From an uncultured Omnitrophica bacterium (GTDB lineage: Bacteria; Omnitrophota; Gorgyraeia; JACQQV01), in contig CAMTXH010000010.1 of assembly GCA_947085655.1 (NCBI GenBank), positions 82,015-146,014 of the forward strand: 64,000 bases of DNA, written 5' to 3'. The first letter of the stretch is position 1, and the number at the start of each line of letters is the position of its first letter. Position numbers and translations under genes: made by a program. Below are positions 19,591 through 29,320 of the stretch, piece after piece. The notes beneath the pieces were generated by a model. The model was not told where the DNA came from. It worked only from the letters and a program-made list of their open reading frames with translations, and ran no database searches.

Positions 19591-20304
19591 TCAGTTATAA
19601 AATTTCTTCTCGAAACGTTTGGCCAAGGGATAAAGATATTTTCGCTTGGGGCACAAATAATAGAGCTGTCGCAGAATCCGCCGGGTGAGAATCCGCCAGT
19701 CAATCAAAGGCAACTTCGGTTTCTTAAAATCGAAGGTGTTGTAAGCGTAGACATCCTGAAGCGTGTATTTCAATTCGTGGGGCCGGAGTTCGTATGAATA
19801 ATAGCCCATCGACACAAAGGCCACAGGGTCATAGGTCCTCGGGATTTTGAACATTCTTCTTAACTCCCGTTTCGGAGGCAGGTGAAGCACCCAGCAGCAG
19901 CCGATATTGTAACAATGGGCCATGAGAATCATATTCTGAACGGCGGCAGCCGCACTCTGAACAGGATCCTGGTAGGTCACATTATCGGTCCTGTTTTCGT
20001 AGCAGACCAGGATCCCTTGCGGTGCATCCCGCAGGAAGGTTGCGCCCCCCCGGTCGAACATCTCCTGAATGAGCCGTCTGTCATTGACAACGATAAATTT
20101 CCATCCCTGGATGTTGCAGGCGGTGGGCGTATGGACCGCCGCCTCAATCAGTTTCTGGATGATGTGATCGTCAATCAAATCCTGCCGATAACGCCTGACC
20201 GAGCGACGCCCCTTGATCACCTCAAGGAGTCGCCGCGCCTTTTCAGGAAGGTCGGATGCAGATACTTTCTCGTTGTCCCTTGTCATGACCATCGAGGCCT
20301 TCAT
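19591..20304 (-). CDS. nitroreductase family flavoprotein
   Basis: RRSVRRY, PTACNIQGWKF, AAAVQNMILMAH..IGCCW; start near 20304 (ORF track 20337). Confidence 0.88.
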   Translation of the reverse strand: MKASMVMTRDNEKVSASDLPEKARRLLEVIKGRRSVRRYRQDLIDDHIIQKLIEAAVHTPTACNIQGWKFIVVNDRRLIQEMFDRGGATFLRDAPQGILVCYENRTDNVTYQDPVQSAAAAVQNMILMAHCYNIGCCWVLHLPPKRELRRMFKIPRTYDPVAFVSMGYYSYELRPHELKYTLQDVYAYNTFDFKKPKLPLIDWRILTRRILRQLYYLCPKRKYLYPLAKRFEKKFYN

Positions 20305-20963
20305 CTCCTTGGCCCCATCCCCACACAAATGGTCCACGGAAACGAGCTGATGTTCCGGATCTCTCTGAAATAAGGTTTGATCATTTTAATGAAAGCTGCC
20401 TGATTCCAGAATTGAACATGCTCCGGGTCCCGTCCCAACCGGGCGAGATGTTTTCCCCTGGCGAAATTCCCCAAACTAAATAGCGGTTCATTGGGAACGC
20501 TTACAATGACTGTATGGCGGCTCACCCGACACAGTTCTGTTAGAGCCCGTATGGGCTCCTTGAGGTGCTCCAAGATCTCAAGCGCCATGACCAGGTCGAA
20601 ACTTTGTGCGGCAAAATGGAGAGAAGTGACATTTCCCTCGGAAAATGAGACTCCCGGATTGAGTTCGCTTGCTATTGCCAGGGCTTCTGCGTTTCTATCC
20701 ACGCCCTCGAAACGGGCCTTGATGCCGTGACGGCGCAAATGAGAAATAACAAACCCTTCGCCACAGCCTATTTCTAAGACATCGTCACAATGAAGCATGG
20801 AGACTGTTTCAAGAATCTTGTCGAGAAACCGGCCTATTAAAAAACGGGCCAAACGGTTTTTTGTTAGATATTTATTGTAATTACTTGAGGAGTAGGTTGC
20901 TCGGTGACGAACCGTTTCAAAATATTTCACATTTTCCAGAACTTCCATTCCTTCAGACTCCAT
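20301..20963 (-). CDS. class I SAM-dependent methyltransferase
   Basis: VLEIGCGEG, FDLVMALEILEHL, SVPNEP. Confidence 0.88.
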   Translation of the reverse strand: MESEGMEVLENVKYFETVRHRATYSSSNYNKYLTKNRLARFLIGRFLDKILETVSMLHCDDVLEIGCGEGFVISHLRRHGIKARFEGVDRNAEALAIASELNPGVSFSEGNVTSLHFAAQSFDLVMALEILEHLKEPIRALTELCRVSRHTVIVSVPNEPLFSLGNFARGKHLARLGRDPEHVQFWNQAAFIKMIKPYFREIRNISSFPWTICVGMGPRR

Positions 20964-20987
20964 GCGAAAACGTTTCGGGCCGTTTCG

Positions 20988-21974
20988 TCACCCTATCCTC
21001 TCCTTTTCTTCAACCGGCTGCCCGGTGGAGGCGTATTCCCCCCCTCCCTCCAGGAACGGGGACCCTTGATGAAAATGATGCACAATCAATTCACCCAAAA
21101 GCCCCACGCAGAAAAATTGAATGCCCGATAAAATCAGGAGAATCCCGAGGAAAAGGAGGGGCCTATTGCCGATCGGCCGTTGACCCATGAACCATAGAAG
21201 AGATAAGTAACTACAAATCAAAACGCCCAAGCCCCCTGTAATCAATCCCGGCCGGCCCAGAAAATGGAGGGGCCGCTTCAGATACTGGGTTAAAAAAAGG
21301 ACCGTCAGGAGGTCCAAAAAACCCTCCACATAACGCCCGGGCCCAAACTTCGTCTTTCCGAATTTCCGCGCGCGATGCCGCACTTTGGCTTCGGAGACGC
21401 GAAATCCCTTCTGATGCGCCAAGACCGCGATGAACCGGTGGAGCTGGCCATACAGTCTCAGTTCTTTGACGACTTCCCGCCGGTAGCATTTCATTCCGCA
21501 GTTAAAATCGTGGAGCGGGATGCCGGTCATGGATGCCGTGACACGGTTGAAAAATTTCGAGGAGATCTTTTTCAGGAAGGGGTCTTGTCGGTTTGTCTTC
21601 CAACCCGAGACAAGGTCATACCCCTCCTCGAGCTTCCTGAGCAGAACCGGAATTTCGTGCGGATCATCCTGAAGATCCCCATCGAGGGTGACCACCACAT
21701 CCCCCCGTGCCTCCTCAAAACCCTTCTGCATGGCAGCAGATTTCCCAAAATTCCTCCTGAAACGGATTACCTTCAAAGAGTCGAAGTTCTCCTTGAGCGA
21801 CTGGAGACGTTGAGGGGTATCATCGGTGCTGCCATCGTCCACGAGAACGATCTCATAGTCGTCCACGGAAAGACTCAGGAAAACCTCGGAGATCTCCTGA
21901 AGCAGCGGCGCCAGACTGTCGGCTTCGTTAAAGACCGGGACAACAACCGAAAGACGAGGGGCTTTCTGTTTCAT
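20988..21974 (-). CDS. GT2 ArnC/GtrB-like undecaprenyl-phosphate glycosyltransferase
   Basis: VPVFNE, RNFGKSAA, DGDLQDDP, HDFNCGMK, two C-terminal TM helices. Confidence 0.9.
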   Translation of the reverse strand: MKQKAPRLSVVVPVFNEADSLAPLLQEISEVFLSLSVDDYEIVLVDDGSTDDTPQRLQSLKENFDSLKVIRFRRNFGKSAAMQKGFEEARGDVVVTLDGDLQDDPHEIPVLLRKLEEGYDLVSGWKTNRQDPFLKKISSKFFNRVTASMTGIPLHDFNCGMKCYRREVVKELRLYGQLHRFIAVLAHQKGFRVSEAKVRHRARKFGKTKFGPGRYVEGFLDLLTVLFLTQYLKRPLHFLGRPGLITGGLGVLICSYLSLLWFMGQRPIGNRPLLFLGILLILSGIQFFCVGLLGELIVHHFHQGSPFLEGGGEYASTGQPVEEKERIG

Positions 21975-23725
21975 CTTCTTCCCCGCTTGGCCGATGGGTG
22001 TAAGGCGTAAATTTTAATGGTCGGACCAGGTCGATTGAAACGATAAAGACCCTCAAAGGGACCGTGCACTCCGTAGAGAACGGCAACAGTCTCTTTCTCG
22101 TTCCGGAAAGGATGGAAAACTTTCACCAATTCGGCCTTTTCATCCAACTTTTGGTAAAAGCGGGAAATTTTCGGGGAGTTTGTGACACGGTCTCTCCAGA
22201 AGCTGGAAAGGACCACGTAGTCGACCCCCCGTGCCCTTAAGGCATCGAAGTCATAATGGTTTTCATATTTTGGGAAATAGGATTCCCGGTCGGAAATATC
22301 GATCAGTTCATACCGGGGCCCCGCTATCTGGAAACGCTGCAGCGCTTCCCGTGTTTTCCCTTTCAATGGATTTTGCAATTTCAGTTCCTTCAAAATCGCC
22401 TCGTTTTGCCCGGAAGTCTCCGCCAAAGGCGGAACCCACGCCTGGATCGCCAGGTACCGCTCCAGGGCAATGACGGAATGGGGAGGGATATGGGTCTCAA
22501 TCCACTCTTTGGCGGAGGTCCTGGTGTCCTTTTGAGAGAGGAGATAATTGTGATAGATGTCGCTGGCCGCCGAAGGAAAAATCAGGGCTCCGGCCAAGGA
22601 ACCGGTCAAAACCGTTTTCCAAAATTGGGGGAGAGTGAGTCGGGAACAACAGGCCTCCACCGCAACAGCTGCGAGAATACATAAGAAAGGTGTTAGGGGC
22701 ATTACATAAGGAGGGAGTTTGCTTTCTAGATTTTCAAAGACAAGATAATAGATGAGGGGGAAGAGAATAAGAAAGATCGCTTTCTTTTCAGGGTGTCCTA
22801 GGACAAAAACGAGGCCCAGACATGCCGCAATCAGAAAAGCCCATCCCACCCCGATAGGCAAAATCTCTTTGGCATAGGCCAGATTGAACGACCATCCCGC
22901 AGACGAGCCAGGGCCAAGAGCACGGTTGACCAAAAGGCCGAATTCCTTGAAAACGGAAGGGAAATCCAAAAAGACAAAAGGACTCGTCATAAAAAGACCC
23001 AGGCCCATCATCAAGAGACCGCCAAACAGCAAGGGGTGCCAAAAGGACATTCTCTCTGGCTGAGAGCGGTCAAAGACCCGAAGAAGATGTGCCACCCCAT
23101 ACAGAGGGACGAGGAGCAGCGCATTCCAGTTGGCCGAAATGGCTAACCCCGTCAGGAATCCGCTTCCCAAATAGGCTGCCCGTCGACCCCCGGAAACCAT
23201 ACCGAGATACGCTGCGACACAACAGGTGATGAAAAAGGTAACAGGGACGTCATGCCGCATGTAATGGGAATTCCGGACATGGAGAAACGGGAGAGCCATG
23301 AAGAAAGCGGAAAGGAGCGCCACCCGCCGGGAAAAGACTTTTCGTGCCAAGGTGTAGGTGGCCCAAATGGTAGCGGTCCCGAAAAGGACGCCCATCACAA
23401 AACGACCGATGAGGTAAAAGGAGGATGGATTTGTAAAAAAGAGCCGCTCAAAGTCCGACAGAGAGGCAAACCAACCCAGCCCCTTCCCTAAGAGAAAATA
23501 ACACCCATAGATAAAGAATAGGGAGTAATGGATGAGGTGGGGATGCCAGAAATAGTGAGGATGGAGGTCGCCGGTTCCAAACCCCAATGTCACGTTCATT
23601 GTCATCCCTTCATCCTGGTGGTAAAGATAGGGCAGGCCAAAATCAATTCCCCATAGACGCACCAAAAAACCTCCGATCAGAATGAAAATCAAATAAAGGT
23701 TATATGGAGAACCGTTTCTGAACAT
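21971..23725 (-). CDS. GT-C (ArnT/PMT-like, GT39/83) membrane glycosyltransferase
   Basis: RLWGIDFGLP..YHQDE, multi-TM, DTRTSAKEWI C-terminal periplasmic domain. Confidence 0.8.
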   Translation of the reverse strand: MFRNGSPYNLYLIFILIGGFLVRLWGIDFGLPYLYHQDEGMTMNVTLGFGTGDLHPHYFWHPHLIHYSLFFIYGCYFLLGKGLGWFASLSDFERLFFTNPSSFYLIGRFVMGVLFGTATIWATYTLARKVFSRRVALLSAFFMALPFLHVRNSHYMRHDVPVTFFITCCVAAYLGMVSGGRRAAYLGSGFLTGLAISANWNALLLVPLYGVAHLLRVFDRSQPERMSFWHPLLFGGLLMMGLGLFMTSPFVFLDFPSVFKEFGLLVNRALGPGSSAGWSFNLAYAKEILPIGVGWAFLIAACLGLVFVLGHPEKKAIFLILFPLIYYLVFENLESKLPPYVMPLTPFLCILAAVAVEACCSRLTLPQFWKTVLTGSLAGALIFPSAASDIYHNYLLSQKDTRTSAKEWIETHIPPHSVIALERYLAIQAWVPPLAETSGQNEAILKELKLQNPLKGKTREALQRFQIAGPRYELIDISDRESYFPKYENHYDFDALRARGVDYVVLSSFWRDRVTNSPKISRFYQKLDEKAELVKVFHPFRNEKETVAVLYGVHGPFEGLYRFNRPGPTIKIYALHPSAKRGRR

Positions 23726-23737
23726 GGAGAAACACCG

Positions 23738-24991
23738 TTACCAAATTCCAGTGATGTGTAAGGAAGATGCCAAAAGTCGCTTAAAGGGTTCTGAAAAAGC
23801 CGCCAAGGTTGCATGGATGACCAAAAAAACTGAAACGATCGCCCATCCCATAGAACGCCGCGGAAGTTTCTGAAAGAGTTCCAGAAGACCAAAGGCACCC
23901 AGTATCACGATAAAAGGCTCGATGGGCAGCCGAAACCTCGGAGACCCATAAAAAAGAAGGGCCATCCCCTGGAAATAAAGAATGGGGACCAGAAAAAAAA
24001 GACGTTTCCCTTTCGCCAGGAACAGGCCGAGGAGGAAAAAAGGGAAGATGAAACCGTACAAGATATGATAACGGCCGTCCCCCAAAATTTCCCAGTCAAA
24101 AGGCGCCCAGAAATAAAGAAATTTCAGCAATTCCAAACGGATGAGGGAAGCCGGGCTTTCACGGATATCCTCAATCGTCTTTTGAAAAAGATAGGCGCTC
24201 ATTTCTGTTTCGGATCCGAGTTGTCTTGCAAAAGCTGTTCTCTCATCCTTGACGTTCACTCCAAAAACCTTGCCGTCCACGGGATGGTAGGCGCTATAAA
24301 AAGCGTATCCGCCCTGTGTCGAGACCGGCACAAAGGTTCGATGCACATAGAAGTTTCGTATCGCGAGAGGTAAAAGGCAGAGAAGGAATATTCCCAACAA
24401 AACCATCCCTTTCTTAAACCCTTTGCGGCCGTGCAGGAAAATAAGATACCCCGCCGCAACAAATGGCAAGAGAAAGGTCATCCCCTTTATCAAAGTCGCT
24501 ATGCCGAAGAAAAATCCTGAAAAGACAATGTCCGTCTGAGTCCCCTTTTGCAACGAAAAGAAAGCTCCTAAAAAGCAGAGGGTGAAGAGACATTCCGTCA
24601 AGAGAAGGGTGCTCGTCGCGATAGAGGGGAAATTCACAAGCATCAAGACCGATGCAAGAAGCGCGACAGCCGAGCCAAAGGGTCTTCTTGCCATTTCATA
24701 GACCAGATTGCAAACCAACGCACCCAAAAGGGCCTGTATGACATAAACGGCTTTCAGGTTGCCTCTCCCAAAGAGGCGATACACAGAGGCAACAAACATG
24801 GGGTAAAGGGGTGGCCGGGTATAGGTTTGCTCCTCGCTCCGGTAACCCCTTCCCTCCTCAAGCGAAACCGCGAAGGCATGGTAGTCACTCTCATCGCCGC
24901 GGAGTTGCGGCTCGGCAGGAATCATCCAGAGCCGGAGCGCCACTGCCACCCCCCAAAGAATCAAGTGAAACCAAATTATTTTCCCGCGCAT
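23738..24991 (-). CDS. GT-C (ArnT/PMT-like) membrane glycosyltransferase
   Basis: GDESDY, RPPLYP, LLTECLF, IRN...STQGG, PRFRLPIEP; start MRGKI at 24991; paralogue of 29321-30619. Confidence 0.8.
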   Translation of the reverse strand: MRGKIIWFHLILWGVAVALRLWMIPAEPQLRGDESDYHAFAVSLEEGRGYRSEEQTYTRPPLYPMFVASVYRLFGRGNLKAVYVIQALLGALVCNLVYEMARRPFGSAVALLASVLMLVNFPSIATSTLLLTECLFTLCFLGAFFSLQKGTQTDIVFSGFFFGIATLIKGMTFLLPFVAAGYLIFLHGRKGFKKGMVLLGIFLLCLLPLAIRNFYVHRTFVPVSTQGGYAFYSAYHPVDGKVFGVNVKDERTAFARQLGSETEMSAYLFQKTIEDIRESPASLIRLELLKFLYFWAPFDWEILGDGRYHILYGFIFPFFLLGLFLAKGKRLFFLVPILYFQGMALLFYGSPRFRLPIEPFIVILGAFGLLELFQKLPRRSMGWAIVSVFLVIHATLAAFSEPFKRLLASSLHITGIW

Positions 24992-24996
24992 GGTCA

Positions 24997-25725
24997 CTAT
25001 TTCCTGAGGCCCAATCCGAGATAAACAATCGGTTTCAACATACTCCACCATCCTGTGATCGGCTTCATCTTTGTATAACCCAGCTTCTTCGGAGGATAAA
25101 TTTTCGTTGCCGGAACTTCTTTTACACGGTATCCGAGCCGGATGCTCTTATAATAGAGGTAAGGTTCCAGTTCATACTGGTTCAACCAATCCTGATCGAT
25201 CCGAATCCGATCGTCCCGAAGGAGCGATAAACGAAAAGCCCTGAAGCCGTTGGTGCTGTCGGTGATCCAACGCCTTGTGATGAGCGAAAAAAGAAAGGGA
25301 TGGATATAGCGTGTTGCCGCGATCCGGTAAAGGGGCATCGCTCCAAATCTTCCTCCGTTCAGATAACGGGATCCCTGCACGAAATCGTAATCTTCCTGAA
25401 AAAGTGCCTCCAGAAGTTGGGGTATTTCAGAGGGATTGTCTTTGTCGTTTCCGGCGAGAACAACGACCGCATCCGCGTTTTTCTGTTGTGCATAGCGGAG
25501 ACCTGTTCGTAACGCAGTGCCGACACCCCTTGTTTGTGGATGGGAAATAATATAAGCCCCTTCCCGCCTTGCCTCTTCAGATGTCCCATCGGAGGAGCCG
25601 TCGTCCACCACCACAACCTCATTCACCGGAGGGCGCGGGATTTTGGAGACGACTTTCCCAATCTTCCGGGATTCGTTAAACGCCGGAATCAGAGCAACAA
25701 CATAAGGATGAGATGGACCGTCCAA
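24997..25725 (-). CDS. GT2 polyprenol-phosphate glycosyltransferase (DPM1-like)
   Basis: IPAFNE, DDGSSD, AGNDKD (variant DxD region), GSRY, DSTNGFRAF. Confidence 0.88.
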   Translation of the reverse strand: MDGPSHPYVVALIPAFNESRKIGKVVSKIPRPPVNEVVVVDDGSSDGTSEEARREGAYIISHPQTRGVGTALRTGLRYAQQKNADAVVVLAGNDKDNPSEIPQLLEALFQEDYDFVQGSRYLNGGRFGAMPLYRIAATRYIHPFLFSLITRRWITDSTNGFRAFRLSLLRDDRIRIDQDWLNQYELEPYLYYKSIRLGYRVKEVPATKIYPPKKLGYTKMKPITGWWSMLKPIVYLGLGLRK

Positions 25726-25752
25726 ATGAGAATTCCCTCTTTCAAAAACACT

Positions 25753-26349
25753 TTACCTTTTCTGCAGAGCTCCCCGAACCTGTGCAGGGTTTCCGTAAGC
25801 GACAACCTCCTCTGGAATGTCGCGAGTGACAACACTCCCTGAGCCAATCAAACTCCCTGCACCCACATGGATGCCCGGCAGGAGAATAACCCCCGCACCA
25901 ATTTTTGCTCCCCGGTGAATATGAGGCCCAGGGAAGTTCTTTAAGGCGATATACTTGTCATTGGTCGTCACCACGCCGGGACCGATAAAAACGTCGTCCT
26001 CCACAACGGTATATTGTGCGAGATAGACCTGATTATGAAGTTTGACGCGATTTCCGATCCGGCATCCATAGTCAATGATTGAATGACTCCAAATGCAGAC
26101 CTCGTCGCCAATCTGGTTTTCTTCGCGGATGACAACATGATGTCCAGTCGCAAGCTTTGCACCGATGCGTGTGCCCGCATAGATGACGGTTCCGGAACGG
26201 AGGATGGCGGCATCCCCGATGAATGTCTCCTTGTTTGCAATCTGCCGCGAGGGGAGGCATCCGATCAGGACGTCCGGATCCATCTGGACATCCTTTCCCA
26301 GCACCACATGAGAACCAAAGGATCGAGAAGGCCGTGTTTTCTTTCTCAT
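25753..26349 (-). CDS. hexapeptide-repeat acyltransferase (WbpD-like)
   Basis: Left-handed beta-helix repeats, VFIGPGVVTTND, GSGSVVTRDIP..YGNPA. Confidence 0.9.
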   Translation of the reverse strand: MRKKTRPSRSFGSHVVLGKDVQMDPDVLIGCLPSRQIANKETFIGDAAILRSGTVIYAGTRIGAKLATGHHVVIREENQIGDEVCIWSHSIIDYGCRIGNRVKLHNQVYLAQYTVVEDDVFIGPGVVTTNDKYIALKNFPGPHIHRGAKIGAGVILLPGIHVGAGSLIGSGSVVTRDIPEEVVAYGNPAQVRGALQKR

Positions 26350-27380
26350 GCGAAGACCTTTACCGGAAGTCCCTTTTTCCGGATAGACTTCTGAATGGCC
26401 TCAAGAATCTGAACTACTTTCACCCCCATTTGGCCATCGCTAATCGGTTTTTTGCCGTTTGTAATCGATGATAGAAACGCCTCTGCCTGAACCTGAAGCG
26501 GTTCAGCCAAATAGACCTTTGGAATCAGCACGTCTCCGTCGCGCGATAAAAAATGAAACTCGCCGAATGTCCTGTAGTTCTGTGACCGCATCACGCCTTT
26601 ATCGTAGATCCGTATGGGCTCGATGGGGTTCATGTCGTCCCAGATGGCCATCTTTTCACTTCCTACAACAGTAATCTCCCGAACCTTCCGGGGGTCTAGC
26701 CAGCTGACCTGGACATTTGCGATGATATTGTGAGGATACGTCAAGGTAACGACCGCGATATCCTCTATCCGTGGCTGGATAAAGGTCGCCCCTTTGGCCG
26801 TCACCTCCGTCGGTGTGACGCCAAGTAAATACGATAAGATTGAGATATCATGGGCAGCCAAATCCCAAACGACGTTCACATCCTTCCGGATGGGCCCGAG
26901 ATTCGTCCGAAGAGACCGGATATAACAAGGTTTACCAAGAGTCCCCTTCTGAATATAGTCATGCAGCCGTTGGATCCCCAGATTGAAAAGAAAGGTGTGT
27001 CCGACGAAGAGGAGACGCCTCTTCTTTTTGGCAAGGGTCACCAACTTTTTGGCCTTTTCAGAGGTGGTGGTCAAAGGTTTCTCGCAAAGTACATGCTTTC
27101 CGTGCTCAAGACAGGTTTTGACAATGTCAAAATGGGTTGACGTCGGCGTGGCAACGACGACGGCCTCCACATCAGTGCGTTTCAAAAGAGACCTATAGTC
27201 CGAGACCGTCTCCAGGGACGGATAAAGCTCCTTCACCAAATTTTGACGGGAGGGGTCCCTGTCTGCACAAACAACGACCCGGCCGCCAGAGACTTGTGAA
27301 AAAATCCGAATGTGATTTTTCCCCCATTCTCCGCAACCGATGATCCCAATATTGATTCGTTCCCGGTTATTCGTTCGCAT
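26346..27380 (-). CDS. Gfo/Idh/MocA oxidoreductase (nucleotide-sugar dehydrogenase, WbpB-like)
   Basis: IGCGEWG, ATPTSTH, LCEKP, WDLAAHD; start MRTNN at 27380. Confidence 0.9.
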   Translation of the reverse strand: MRTNNRERINIGIIGCGEWGKNHIRIFSQVSGGRVVVCADRDPSRQNLVKELYPSLETVSDYRSLLKRTDVEAVVVATPTSTHFDIVKTCLEHGKHVLCEKPLTTTSEKAKKLVTLAKKKRRLLFVGHTFLFNLGIQRLHDYIQKGTLGKPCYIRSLRTNLGPIRKDVNVVWDLAAHDISILSYLLGVTPTEVTAKGATFIQPRIEDIAVVTLTYPHNIIANVQVSWLDPRKVREITVVGSEKMAIWDDMNPIEPIRIYDKGVMRSQNYRTFGEFHFLSRDGDVLIPKVYLAEPLQVQAEAFLSSITNGKKPISDGQMGVKVVQILEAIQKSIRKKGLPVKVFA

Positions 27381-29310
27381 ATGAATAGGTCGTTGCAGGG
27401 CGCTCTTCGGCCGGCCTCCGATCGATAAAGGTTCGGTGCCACAGTTCAAGATTGAGAAGCGCCCAGAGCCGGAACCTGTGGTCCCGACGTCTTTCGCGAT
27501 GCTCCCTCAAAAGCTTTTCGATGGCGCTCCGCTTAAACAGACCCCGCCGCAGCGTCACAGGGTCGAGAAGGACCTCTTCAACCAACCTCCTCAGACTGGA
27601 ACGGAACCAATGGTCGATCGGAACCGCAAAGCCCATTTTTCGTCTGTTCAGGACAGCGCGAGGCAGACGATCCGAGACGATTTCCCTTAACAGAAATTTT
27701 GTCTGAAATCGATGAAGTTTAAAATCAGCCGGCATCTGGGCAATGGTCTCCAAAAAAATATGGTCTAGGAAGGGCGATCGAATTTCCAGTCCATGCGCCA
27801 TACTGGCGATATCCATCTTCACCAGTAGGTCTTCAGGAAGATACGATTGAGTATCCGCTTTAAGAAGCTGATCCACCACCGATGTCGTCTCTGTGCGGCG
27901 TAAGATTTCCAGGAGAAACTGGCCTGCAACACGATCCCTCACGTGGGCGTTGAAATGATCGGCATAGAGCTGTTCCTTCTCGCGGGTTGAAAAAATGCTC
28001 ACCCAACGCAGATAGCGTTCTTCCGAATTGGGAAACTCCACCAAGGCCTCCAGAAAATTGAGGGGGCGGCGCCAACGCTTTGGATCACTCCTCGGTCCAT
28101 GATCTGCAAGCCATTGACAAAGAGACCTTGCCGATCGGAGCACGGGACGTGGGAGGCGGCTGAGGGCCATTGCCAATTGCGCCCCCCGGTACCGGTCATA
28201 TCCTGCGAAGGCCTCATCCCCCCCATCCCCGCTCAAGGCGACCTTCACATGCCGGCGCGTCAACTGTGAGACATAGTAAGTCGGGATGCAGGAGGAATCT
28301 CCGAAGGGCTCATTATAGTGCCAGATCAATTTCGGAAGGATCGCAGCCGCATCGGGCCGAACAATCAGCTCATGGTGCTCCGTCCCGAAGTGCCGTGCCA
28401 CTTCCCGGGCGAATTTTAATTCACTGTAATCCGACTCCTCGAATCCGATGCTGAACGTCCGGACGGATTGGCCGGAGCATTCACGGATCAGGGCAACGAT
28501 TGTGCTTGAATCAAGGCCGCCGCTCAAAAGAACCCCAAGGGGCACATCACTCCGCAGCCGGAGCCGGACCGCCTCCGAAAGAAGGGACCAGATCTTCTCC
28601 CGCCAGGCCTCCCGCGAATGTATTTGCTTGGGCTCATAGGACAGAGACCAGTATCGCTGGACCGTCACGCCATGACGATCACAACGCATCCAGTGGGCCG
28701 GTGGAAGCTTCATAATTCCTTCAAACATGGTGAAGGGAGACGGTGTATATCCGTACGTCAGATAATCGTCGATCGAGGCGGGCCGGGTCGTGCGGCTCAC
28801 GTCAGGCGACTCCAGAATCGCCTTGATCTCCGAGCCGAAAAAAAGGGTGCCGTTTCGGACTGCGTAAAAAAGCGGCTTCTTGCCAAGCCGGTCGCGCGCC
28901 AAAAAGAGCTGGCGGCTGTCCGAATCCCAGATGGCAAAGGCAAACATGCCTCTGGCCTCCTCCAGGCAATCGGATCCCTTGTCGCGGTAGAGATTCAAAA
29001 GGACCTCCGTATCACTCTGCGTCCGGAAGCGATAACCCTTCGAAAGGAGCGTTTCTTTCAGTTCACAATAGTTGTAGATCTCTCCGTTAAAGACAATGGT
29101 GAAGCGCCCCGTCTCATCCTGCATCGGCTGTTTGCCGCCGGAGAGGTCGATAATGGAGAGTCGTCTGTGTCCCAGTCCGATCCGGCCGTCCACAAAAATG
29201 TCCTCATCGTCCGGTCCCCGGTGGGAGAGGACCCGGGCCATGCGCCGGACGAACGCAGGGTCTACCGGCTGCTCATTCTGGAAATTAAACTGTCCCGCAA
29301 TGCCGCACAC
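27367..29310 (-). CDS. asnB: asparagine synthase (glutamine-hydrolysing)-family amidotransferase (WbpS-like)
   Basis: GTG start giving (M)CGIAG with AGGAG SD; HRGPD, NGEIYN, LSGGLDSS, SGDGGDE. Confidence 0.92.
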   Translation of the reverse strand: MCGIAGQFNFQNEQPVDPAFVRRMARVLSHRGPDDEDIFVDGRIGLGHRRLSIIDLSGGKQPMQDETGRFTIVFNGEIYNYCELKETLLSKGYRFRTQSDTEVLLNLYRDKGSDCLEEARGMFAFAIWDSDSRQLFLARDRLGKKPLFYAVRNGTLFFGSEIKAILESPDVSRTTRPASIDDYLTYGYTPSPFTMFEGIMKLPPAHWMRCDRHGVTVQRYWSLSYEPKQIHSREAWREKIWSLLSEAVRLRLRSDVPLGVLLSGGLDSSTIVALIRECSGQSVRTFSIGFEESDYSELKFAREVARHFGTEHHELIVRPDAAAILPKLIWHYNEPFGDSSCIPTYYVSQLTRRHVKVALSGDGGDEAFAGYDRYRGAQLAMALSRLPRPVLRSARSLCQWLADHGPRSDPKRWRRPLNFLEALVEFPNSEERYLRWVSIFSTREKEQLYADHFNAHVRDRVAGQFLLEILRRTETTSVVDQLLKADTQSYLPEDLLVKMDIASMAHGLEIRSPFLDHIFLETIAQMPADFKLHRFQTKFLLREIVSDRLPRAVLNRRKMGFAVPIDHWFRSSLRRLVEEVLLDPVTLRRGLFKRSAIEKLLREHRERRRDHRFRLWALLNLELWHRTFIDRRPAEERPATTYSYANE

Positions 29311-29320
29311 AAACGTTCTC

